This document shows positions 15,262 to 23,458 of a stretch of DNA of 64,000 bases, piece by piece; the stretch's first letter is position 1; every line of letters begins with the position of its first letter. The stretch is taken from positions 111-64,110 of the forward strand of contig JBASCW010000023.1 in assembly GCA_049651845.1 (NCBI GenBank). The letters are read 5' to 3'. The notes beneath the pieces are model-generated. The model did no database searches. It had not been told where the DNA came from and saw only the letters and a program-made list of their open reading frames with translations. The translations under genes and the position numbers were made by a program. Origin of the DNA: Burkholderiales bacterium (lineage in GTDB: Bacteria; Pseudomonadota; Gammaproteobacteria; Burkholderiales; SG8-39).

Positions 15262-16810
15262 GAGTCTGCGCGGCAGGAGGTTGAGTTGATGGTCATCGAG
15301 ATGGTGTGGTGAAGCGTTAAACGATGATGACGACAAGCTACCTTCCATACCATCCGGGGCAGCAGAATTTGCTGCCATCGTCGCTGCAAGACTGGTTGCC
15401 CGAGGGGCATCTGGCCTACTACATCAGTGACACGATCGACAGTCTGGATCTGAGCGCGTTTCATGTGCGCTACGCCAAGGGTGGCCCGAGGAATCAACCG
15501 TTTCATCCGGCGATGATGGTCAAGGTGCTGGTGTACGGGTATGCCACGGGAGTGTTCTCCTCGCGCAAGTTGGCCAAGAAGCTGCATGAGGACGTGGCGT
15601 TCCGCGTGTTGGCCGCGGAGAACTACCCGGCGCACCGGACGCTGTGCGATTTCCGGGCGCTGCATCTGGAGGAGTTCTCGGCGCTGTTTGTGCAGGTGGT
15701 GAAGCTGGCGCGCGAATGCGGGCTGGTGAAGCTGGGCACGATTGCGGTGGACGGCACCAAGGTGAAGGCCAACGCCTCGCGGCATAAGGCGATGAGCTAC
15801 GAGCGGATGCAAGGGAGCGAAGCCGAGCTCAAGGGCGAGATCGAGGCGCTGCTGGCGAAGGCCAAAGCGGCCGATGAGGTCGAGAAGAACGAGCCCGATC
15901 TGGACATTCCAGCCGAGATCGCCCGGCGCGAGACGCGGCTGGAGGTGATCCGTGCCGCGCGTGAGCGGCTCGAGGAGCGCCAGCGCGCCGCCGACACGGC
16001 GCGTGGCCGCTCCAGCGGGGACGATCGCAAACCGCGTGGTCCCGATGGCAATCCGAGAAAAGGGCCGATATACAAGCGCGAGTTTGGTATCCCCAAGCCA
16101 AAGGCGCAGGAAAACTTCACCGACCCGCAGAGCCGGATCATGAAGCGCGCCGGCGGTGGATTCGACTACTGCTACAACGCTCACGCGGCGGTGGATGACA
16201 CAGCACACATCATCGTCGCGGCGGAGCTGACCAACAGTGGCGCGGATAGCAACCGCTTGCCGCCGCTGCTGGAGGCGGTCAAGGAAACCACCGGCGCTGA
16301 TGCTGCGCAAGTGCTCGCCGATGCCGGGTTTCGCTCTGAGGCGGTGTTCGAGAAATTGAAGGATCACCCCACCGAACTGATCGTCGCTTTGGGAAGGGAG
16401 CGCAAGAAGCAACTCGTCATCGATGTGCGCAAGCGCCCTCGGACGGCGGCGATGGCCGAGAAGTTCAAGGCCGAAGAAACGCAAAACGCTTACAGGCGCC
16501 GCAAGTGGCTCTCCGAGCCTCCCAACGGCTGGATCAAGAACGTGTTGGGGTTCCGTCAGTTCAGCATGCGTGGTTTGGCCAAGGCGAAAGCCGAGTGGCG
16601 GCTCGTCTGTGCTGCGCTGAATTTACGACGAATGGCCACCTTGGTACCTGGATAGGCGAGATTCAGGCTCGTACACCGCCCAAAATCGATTCGCATCGAC
16701 CTCGCACGAACCTCTGCGGCTGTAAATTGACGGGCGCCGCACCGAAATTCCCGAAAAGTGACACCCGGCACAACTTCAACTCGCACAAATTTCGTCTGCC
16801 GCGCAGACTC
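15262..16810 (+). mobile_element. IS1182-family insertion sequence
   Basis: Perfect 15-bp terminal IRs GAGTCTGCGCGGCAG (15262-15276) / CTGCCGCGCAGACTC (16796-16810); CTAG on both flanks (15258-15261, 16811-16814). Confidence 0.92.
15324..16655 (+). CDS. IS1182-family DDE transposase
   Basis: N-terminal DUF772-like LLP.SL.DWLP.GHL...PFHP.MM.K.L.YGY..G..SSRKL; DDE motifs AVDGTK, LADAGF and EPPNGWIK...GFRQF.MRG. Confidence 0.92.
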   Translation: MMTTSYLPYHPGQQNLLPSSLQDWLPEGHLAYYISDTIDSLDLSAFHVRYAKGGPRNQPFHPAMMVKVLVYGYATGVFSSRKLAKKLHEDVAFRVLAAENYPAHRTLCDFRALHLEEFSALFVQVVKLARECGLVKLGTIAVDGTKVKANASRHKAMSYERMQGSEAELKGEIEALLAKAKAADEVEKNEPDLDIPAEIARRETRLEVIRAARERLEERQRAADTARGRSSGDDRKPRGPDGNPRKGPIYKREFGIPKPKAQENFTDPQSRIMKRAGGGFDYCYNAHAAVDDTAHIIVAAELTNSGADSNRLPPLLEAVKETTGADAAQVLADAGFRSEAVFEKLKDHPTELIVALGRERKKQLVIDVRKRPRTAAMAEKFKAEETQNAYRRRKWLSEPPNGWIKNVLGFRQFSMRGLAKAKAEWRLVCAALNLRRMATLVPG

Positions 16811-17395
16811 CTAGCGCGTGTCGAGCAGGCCGTTGGCGAGGCCGGTGTCGCGCAGGCGCGCGCACTGCGCCGCCGAGAGCCGCGTGTTGCCCGGCGCGGT
16901 CTCGTCGCGCATCAGGTTGCCCGGCTCATCGGAGTGCTCGCCGCTGTCCATGAGCATGTGCGCGAGCTCGTGCGCGAGCGCGAGCGCCGGATCGCGCGCG
17001 TCGCGCACGAGCCAGACGCTGTCGGCGAGCTCCGGTCGCGTGCGGCTGTTGCCGCGGCCGATCGCCTCGGCGTCGAACGCGGGGCGCTGGCGCGTGCGGT
17101 CCACGAAGTAGACCGCCGGCGCACGCGGCCGCAGCTTGCGCGCGAGCTCGCGCGAGGTCGGCGTGTGGAATGTTCGGAAGCGCGGCCCGACTTCCGCACG
17201 CACGAGCTCCAGATCGCCCGGCACGATCGCGCACTGGCCGAGGATTTTCACCGCCTGCGCCGCCAGCTCCGTGACTTCGCGCGCCTGCCACGCGCCGCCC
17301 TCGAAATGCACGAGCGTCAAGCGCAGCACGACCGGCGGCTGCGCGAGCGCGAGCGCGGGCGCGGCCGCGAGCAGCAGAAGCAGAAGGAGGCGCAT
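16811..17395 (-). CDS. Secreted protein with HExxH zinc-metallopeptidase-like motif
   Basis: Signal peptide MRLLLLLLLAAAPALALA; LAHELAHMLMDSGEH...NLM. Confidence 0.7.
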   Translation of the reverse strand: MRLLLLLLLAAAPALALAQPPVVLRLTLVHFEGGAWQAREVTELAAQAVKILGQCAIVPGDLELVRAEVGPRFRTFHTPTSRELARKLRPRAPAVYFVDRTRQRPAFDAEAIGRGNSRTRPELADSVWLVRDARDPALALAHELAHMLMDSGEHSDEPGNLMRDETAPGNTRLSAAQCARLRDTGLANGLLDTR

Positions 17396-17472
17396 TTGCG
17401 AGTTCGATCCGCGAATCGTTTGATTTTAGCGACGCCTGCCTCTAGGCTTGCGCTCTCACAGAGGAGCGAAAG

Positions 17473-18426
17473 ATGAGAATGCTCGCATGGCTGGCAGCGG
17501 TGCTCGTGAGCGCTGCGGCGCAGGCGCAGGACTATCCGACCAGGCCAATTCGCTTCATCGTTTCGTTCCCGCCCGGCGGCAGCTCCGACCTGATCGCGCG
17601 CGCCATCGCCCCGCGTATGGCCGAGCGGCTCGGCCAACCGGTGCTGGTCGAGAACCGGCCGGGCGCCGGCGGCAATATCGGCGTCGACGCGGTGGCGAAG
17701 GCGCCGCCCGACGGCTACCTGATCGGACTGGCGGCGGCCGGCGCGCTGTCCTCGAACATCAGCCTCTACCCGAGCATGCCGTTCCATCCGGAGAAGGACC
17801 TCGCGCCGCTGTCGATGCTGGCGATGATCCCGTTCTTCCTGGTGGCTCACCCGTCGCAGCCTTCCTCGCTCAAGCAGCTGATCGAGACCGCGAAGGCGAA
17901 GCCGGGAACGATCGCCTACGGCTACGGCGGCAACGGCTCAGCCATGCACCTGGCGGGCGAGCTGTTCAAGATGATGGCCGGCATCAAGCTGCAGCCCGTG
18001 CCGTACAAGGGCAGCGGACCGGTGTCGGCCGACGTGCTCGCGGGGCAGATACCGCTTGGCGTGGTGGACGTGCCCTCCGCGATCGCTCACGTGCGCGCGG
18101 GCACCCTGCGCGCGCTCGCGGTCACGACGAAGCGGCGCATCGCCGCGGCGCCCGAGGTGCCGACCTTCGATGAGGCCGGCCTGCCAGGCTACGAGGCGAT
18201 CGGTTGGTTCGGCGCGGTCGCGCCCGCGAACACGCCGCCGGAGATCGTCAATCGCCTGAACAGGGAGATCGTGGCGGCGCTCTCGGCGCCGGAAATCCGC
18301 GAGCGCGGGATCGCCGCCGGCGCCGAGCCGTTCCCGAGCACGCCGCAGGAGTTCGCGGCGATCATCCGCGATGAGACGCGAAAATGGGCGCAGGTGATCC
18401 GCACCGCCGAGATCAAGCTCCAATGA
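17473..18426 (+). CDS. Bug/TctC-family tripartite tricarboxylate substrate-binding protein
   Basis: YPTRPIRFIVSFPPGGSSD, VENRPGAGGNIG, VPYKGSGP. Confidence 0.93.
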   Translation: MRMLAWLAAVLVSAAAQAQDYPTRPIRFIVSFPPGGSSDLIARAIAPRMAERLGQPVLVENRPGAGGNIGVDAVAKAPPDGYLIGLAAAGALSSNISLYPSMPFHPEKDLAPLSMLAMIPFFLVAHPSQPSSLKQLIETAKAKPGTIAYGYGGNGSAMHLAGELFKMMAGIKLQPVPYKGSGPVSADVLAGQIPLGVVDVPSAIAHVRAGTLRALAVTTKRRIAAAPEVPTFDEAGLPGYEAIGWFGAVAPANTPPEIVNRLNREIVAALSAPEIRERGIAAGAEPFPSTPQEFAAIIRDETRKWAQVIRTAEIKLQ

Positions 18427-19404
18427 GCCCCGTCATCGACGTGCACACGCACATGCTCAACCACGAGTGGTTCAAGCTTCTCGAAAAGCATGGGCGGCCG
18501 CGCTACACGCTGAAGACGGTCATGGGCGGGCTGCGCGCGATCCATCTGGACGGCGCGCCCTTCATCACGCCGGTGCCGGAGATGTTCGACTGGGACCTGC
18601 GTATCCGGAACATGGGTCGCGTCGGCATCGACGTCGCGGTGGTTTCGCTCACCTGCCCGAACGTCTACTGGGGCGGTGAGAAAGTGAGCCTCAAGGCGGC
18701 GCAAGTGATGAACGACGAGATGGCGCAAGCGCCGGCCGGACCGCATCCAGTGGCTCTGCTCGCTGCCCTGGCAGCACGACAAGAGCGCGCTCGCGGAGCT
18801 CAGGCGGTCGCAGAAAGCCGGCACCTGCGGGGTGATGGTGCTCGCCAACATCGGCGGCAAGCCGCTCACCGATCCGTCCTTCGCGAAGATCTGGCGGGCG
18901 ATCGACGCCGCCGCGCTGCCGGTGCTCATCCACCCGACCGCGCCGCCCGGCGTCGCGGAGATGGAGATGCAGCAGTTTCAGCTGACTGCGTCGATCGGCT
19001 TCACGACCGACACCACGCTCGCGGTCGCGCGCATGATCTACGACGGCTTCTTCGACCGCTTCCAGAAGCTGAAGATCATCGCCAGCCACGGCGGCGGCAC
19101 GCTGCCCTACCTGATCGGCCGCATGGACCAGTGCTACGAGCACACTCCCGCCTGCCGCACGAAGACGCGCGAGAAGCCCAGCCTGCACGCGCGCCGGATC
19201 TACGCGGATTCGGTGGTATTCACCGATGAAGCCCTCGCGATGGCCGTGAACGTGTTCGGCTCGGGTAACGTGCTCTACGGTTCGGACTACCCGCACACCA
19301 TCGGCGATCCGATCGGTTGCCTGGCGCGCGTCGACCGTCTGCCCGACGGCGCGCGCGAGCGCGTGCGCGGCCGGAACGCGCTCGAGATATTCGACTTCCG
19401 CTAG
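18423..19404 (+). pseudogene. Amidohydrolase_2 (ACMSD-like decarboxylase) with a frameshift near 18735
   Basis: IDVHTH N-terminus in one frame. DRIQWLCSLPWQH...LIHP...SHGGG...GSDYPH continues in the +1 frame. Confidence 0.75.
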
Positions 19405-19754
19405 GCGTTGGGCGCCGCGTGCTGCTCGTTGCGGCGCGCGCAGCGCTCGAGGAAATCGGCGCGGTGACGTTCGCTGTCCTGCGGCGCGTCGAACACCGCC
19501 TCGACCTCGGCGCGCAGGAACTTCTCGTCCTCGGCGTCGCGCACGAACCAGCGCAGCGCGGGCGGGAAGGCGCGGATCGTGAGCAGGTCTTCCTCGAGGC
19601 GGCCTACGAAGAACTCTCGCGTGGTGCCGCCGTCGCGCGAAAGCGCCGCATTACGGATGAAATCACCGCCTTCGCGGCATTCGCTCGCGCTGTGGGGTCC
19701 GGCCGCAGCACCGGTCGAGAGCAGGAGCGCCGCGGCGATTGCCAGGGCCCGCAT
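19401..19754 (-). CDS. Hypothetical secreted protein
   Basis: Signal-like N-terminus, 117 aa, two Cys. Confidence 0.6.
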   Translation of the reverse strand: MRALAIAAALLLSTGAAAGPHSASECREGGDFIRNAALSRDGGTTREFFVGRLEEDLLTIRAFPPALRWFVRDAEDEKFLRAEVEAVFDAPQDSERHRADFLERCARRNEQHAAPNA

Positions 19755-19846
19755 ACGGGCACGCTAATCCGCTCGCAGTGCAGCATGCAAATCACCCGGG
19801 TGCTGCGGCGCGGAGGTAGACTCGCCGTTTGCCACGAACTTCGGCC

Positions 19847-20620
19847 ATGACGATCTACTTCGAGAACGCAGCACGCAAGGTCCGCGACCTGCCGGTGTCG
19901 GAGGCCGAGCGCGCGGCGCGCGTGCAGCTCGCCGCCTGCTACCGCGTCTTCCACCATCTCGGCTGGACCGAGATGATCTTCAACCACATCACGCTGCGGG
20001 TGCCGGGTCCGGAGAAGCTGTTCCTCATCAATCCGTTCGGCCTGCATTACAGCGAGATCACCGCGTCGTCGCTGCTGCTGATCGATGTCGAGGGCAACCC
20101 GGTGCGCGAGTCCAAGTGGCCCGTGAACCGCGCGGGCTTCGTGATCCACAGCGCGATCCACGGCAGCGTCGAGAGCGCGCGCTGCGTGATGCATACGCAC
20201 ACCACGACCGGCATGGCGGTCGCCTGCCTGAAGGAGGGTTTGTCGCCGACCAATTTTTATGCAGCGCAGCTGCACGGCGGCGTCGCTTACCACGACTTTG
20301 AAGGCATTACGGTAGAAGACGGCGAACGCGCGCGTCTCGTCGCCAGTATCGGGCAGAAGCGCGCGGTGATTCTGAGGAACCATGGATTGCTCGCCTGGGG
20401 GCCATCCCTGTCGGCGGCCTTCATGACGCTGTGGACGCTGCAGCGCGCCTGCGACGTGCAGATCGCCTCGAGCGCCGCAGGCCCCTTGAATCCCATCGAG
20501 GTCTCCGTGTTCGCCCAGGCCGTGCGCGAATCGGGCCCGGGCGAGAAGCGCACCTGCGAAGACGTATTCGCCGCGATGCAGCGGCTCGTGGACGCGAAGG
20601 ATCCGTCCTACCGGGACTAA
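19847..20620 (+). CDS. Class II aldolase/adducin family protein
   Basis: IFNHITLR, GFVIHSAIH, MHTHT, LRNHGLL motifs. Confidence 0.92.
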   Translation: MTIYFENAARKVRDLPVSEAERAARVQLAACYRVFHHLGWTEMIFNHITLRVPGPEKLFLINPFGLHYSEITASSLLLIDVEGNPVRESKWPVNRAGFVIHSAIHGSVESARCVMHTHTTTGMAVACLKEGLSPTNFYAAQLHGGVAYHDFEGITVEDGERARLVASIGQKRAVILRNHGLLAWGPSLSAAFMTLWTLQRACDVQIASSAAGPLNPIEVSVFAQAVRESGPGEKRTCEDVFAAMQRLVDAKDPSYRD

Positions 20621-20673
20621 GAGCAGGGGGCGCTGCGGGCGCTCGCGCCCCCCGTACCCCCCCGGTGCCTTCG

Positions 20674-23454
20674 CTAGAGGGTCGCGAGGCGGCGCAGCTC
20701 GGGTATGCAGGCGCCGCAGTTGGTCCCGCATTTCAGGTCCTTCTGCAACTGGGGCAAGGTCGCGCCGGAGACGACCGCGGCACGGATCTGCGACTCGGCG
20801 ACCCCGAAGCAGGCGCAGACACTGGGCTCGCTCGCGGCTGCACCCATCTCGGCCGGGCCGCCAAAGAGTTTCTCGAGCGCGGCGAGCGCCCGCGCATCGG
20901 GTTCGCCTGCGGCGGCGAGCTCCAGGCGCAGGCGAGTTACCGGTCCTTCGGCGAGGGACAGCGCGGCGTAGTCAAAGCGCGCAAGCCAGCCTGCGGCCGC
21001 ACGCTGCAGTTCCGGCGTCGCGGCCGCGGCAAAGACACCGCGCCAGCGTGCTGCAAACGGCTCGATGCGCACCGCGGCATGCTTGAACTCGGGCTGCCTG
21101 GAGTCGGGGTCGACCGCGGACAGGGTGAGCGCGTTGGTGCCGGCGCCGGCCGTGAAGCGTGCGCCCCAGTGCATGGCGACGAAGGCGTCGCCGGGGCGCA
21201 TGTCCTCCGAAGCCCGGACCTTCATGACGAGGTTGCCGCGCCGACTGGTGAGACGGACCAGATCCCGATCCGAAAAGTTGTAGTTTTTCAGATCCAAAGG
21301 ATTCAAGACGACTTCCGCCTCCGGGCAGTGGCTGAACAGGCGCGCCACGAGCCCGGTGCGCGTCATGCTGTGCCATTGGTCGCGCAGGCGGCCGGTGGTG
21401 AGCCGCAGCGGGAACTGCGCGTCCGGCTCCTCGGCCGGCGGCTGGTACTCGGTGACAACGAAGCGCGCGCGCCCCGAGGGCGTGGGGAACACGCCGTCGG
21501 CGTACAGGCGCGTGCGGCCGCTCCGGGCGCCCTCCGGGCAGGGCCACTGCTGGGGGCCGTCGCGCTCGAGCACGGCGTACGAGAGGCCGCCGATGTCGAG
21601 ATCGCGGCCGCGCGTGCTCTGCCTGTGTTCATTGAAAATGTCTTCGGGGGTTTGATACGGAAAGAGGTTTTCCTTGCCCGGAAGGAACGACGAAAGTTTC
21701 CTCGAAAAATCCACTGCAATTCGCCAGTCGGGACGCGCTTCTCCCGGTGGCGCGACGGCCGCGCGCACGCGCGAGATGCGCCGCTCGGAGTTGGTGACCG
21801 TGCCCTCCTTCTCGGCCCAGCTCGCCGCCGGCAGCAGCACGTCGGCGTAGTCGCAGGTCTCGGCGTCGCGAAACGCCTCCTGGACGACGACGAATTCGGC
21901 GCGCGCGAGCGCCGCGCGCACCGCGTTCGCGTCGGGCATCGACTGCGCGGGGTTGGTGCAGGCGATCCACACCGCCTTGATCTCGCCGCGGCCGATGGCT
22001 TCGAACATCTCCACCGCCGTCTTGCCGGGCTGCGCGGGCACCGCATCGACGCCCCAGAGCGCCGCGACTTCCCGGCGGTCGGCTTCGCTCGCCAGGTCGC
22101 GATGGCCCGAGAGCAGGTTCGCCATGCCGCCGACCTCGCGCCCGCCCATGGCGTTGGGCTGACCCGTGAGCGAGAACGGCCCCGCGCCCGGCCGGCCGAT
22201 CTGCCCGGTCGCGAGGTGCAGGTTGATGAGCGCCGAATTCTTGCAGGTTCCGCTCGTGGACTGGTTCAGTCCCTGGCAGTAGAGCGAGAGCGCGGCCCTG
22301 GCGCGGCCGAACAGGCGTGCCGCCTCGACGATCTTCTCGACGGACAACTCGCAGACCTCGGCAGCGCGCTCCGGGGTCCAGCAATCGATGAGGGCATCGA
22401 GGTTCGACAAGTGTTCGGTGTGCTTCTCGATGAATGCCTGGTTCAGGAAATTCTCTTTGACAAGAACATTCAACATGCCGTTGAACAGAGCCACATCCGT
22501 TCCGGGCTTGAGCGCAAGATGCAGGTCGGCGGCGCGCGCGGTGGCGGTGGCGCGCGGATCGACGACGACGAGCTTCAAGCCGGGGTTGCGTTCGCGCGCC
22601 GCCTCGATGCGCTGGTAGAGGACCGGGTGCGCGAACGCGGTGTTCGAGCCGGCGATGAAGACCAAATCCGCGGCGTCGATGTCCTCGTAGGCACACGGCG
22701 GCGCATCGGCGCCGAGCGAGCGCTTGTAGCCCGCCACCGCCGAGGACATGCACAGCCGCGAGTTGGTATCGACGTTGTTGGTACCGACGAGGCCCTTGGC
22801 GAGCTTGTTGAAGACGTAGTAGTCCTCGGTGAGAAGCTGGCCGGAGATGTAGAACGCCACCGCGTCCGGGCCGTGCTCGGCGATGATCTGCCGGAACCGC
22901 TCGGCGGCGTGGTCGAGCGCCTCGTCCCAGCTGCGCCGCTCGCCGTTCACTTCGGGATACAGCAGGCGCGCGCCCGCGCCGGCGGCGAGGTGCAACGCCG
23001 CGCCCTTGGTGCACAGTCGTCCCCGATTGGCCGGATGCGCAACGTCGCCCTTCACGGAGAAGATGCCGTGCTTGTGCGTGGAGACCACGACGCCGCAGCC
23101 GACGCCGCAGTAGCAGCAGGTGGTGGCGACTTGCTGGCGCGGCTCGACCACGACCCAGCCTTCTTCGACCTTCGCGCTGAAGACCGGCACCTGCACGGCG
23201 GCGTCCTCGAGGCAGCGGCCCGTGACGAGGCTGAAGTGCTGCTTGTAGACGGGGGAGGCGACCACCAGCTCGCCCTTCAGGTCGCCGACGATGCCGCGCG
23301 ACAGGACGTTGGCGCGCGAGAACGGATCGAAGTTGCCTAAGGCGTGGACGCTGTCGTCGTCCAGGCGGAACACCGCCACCTGCTCGCCGCCCACCAGCGC
23401 ACAGACGCCGGCGTTCGGCACGATGTCCTCGAGCCGGCAGACGCGGATCGCCAT
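20674..23454 (-). CDS. nirD-nasA: Fusion of nitrite reductase small subunit (NirD) and assimilatory nitrate reductase catalytic subunit (NasA)
   Basis: First ~105 aa are NirD-like (DPFSRANVLSRG...ASPVYKQHF), then TTCCYCGVGC, molybdopterin-binding domains and a C-terminal BFD-like CGTNCGAC. GAGG RBS before ATG 23454. Confidence 0.88.
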   Translation of the reverse strand: MAIRVCRLEDIVPNAGVCALVGGEQVAVFRLDDDSVHALGNFDPFSRANVLSRGIVGDLKGELVVASPVYKQHFSLVTGRCLEDAAVQVPVFSAKVEEGWVVVEPRQQVATTCCYCGVGCGVVVSTHKHGIFSVKGDVAHPANRGRLCTKGAALHLAAGAGARLLYPEVNGERRSWDEALDHAAERFRQIIAEHGPDAVAFYISGQLLTEDYYVFNKLAKGLVGTNNVDTNSRLCMSSAVAGYKRSLGADAPPCAYEDIDAADLVFIAGSNTAFAHPVLYQRIEAARERNPGLKLVVVDPRATATARAADLHLALKPGTDVALFNGMLNVLVKENFLNQAFIEKHTEHLSNLDALIDCWTPERAAEVCELSVEKIVEAARLFGRARAALSLYCQGLNQSTSGTCKNSALINLHLATGQIGRPGAGPFSLTGQPNAMGGREVGGMANLLSGHRDLASEADRREVAALWGVDAVPAQPGKTAVEMFEAIGRGEIKAVWIACTNPAQSMPDANAVRAALARAEFVVVQEAFRDAETCDYADVLLPAASWAEKEGTVTNSERRISRVRAAVAPPGEARPDWRIAVDFSRKLSSFLPGKENLFPYQTPEDIFNEHRQSTRGRDLDIGGLSYAVLERDGPQQWPCPEGARSGRTRLYADGVFPTPSGRARFVVTEYQPPAEEPDAQFPLRLTTGRLRDQWHSMTRTGLVARLFSHCPEAEVVLNPLDLKNYNFSDRDLVRLTSRRGNLVMKVRASEDMRPGDAFVAMHWGARFTAGAGTNALTLSAVDPDSRQPEFKHAAVRIEPFAARWRGVFAAAATPELQRAAAGWLARFDYAALSLAEGPVTRLRLELAAAGEPDARALAALEKLFGGPAEMGAAASEPSVCACFGVAESQIRAAVVSGATLPQLQKDLKCGTNCGACIPELRRLATL

Positions 23455-23458
23455 CGCC

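Noticed and set aside
20625..20665. GC-rich hairpin between the aldolase and nasA as a REP/MITE
   Set aside because: Single copy in this window; more simply a terminator-like stem between convergent genes.
20431..23340. Long antisense ORFs (also 3780..4736, 26862..29807, 41735..43312, 50614..52617, 54944..57562)
   Set aside because: Shadow frames opposite well-supported genes; typical of high-GC codon usage.
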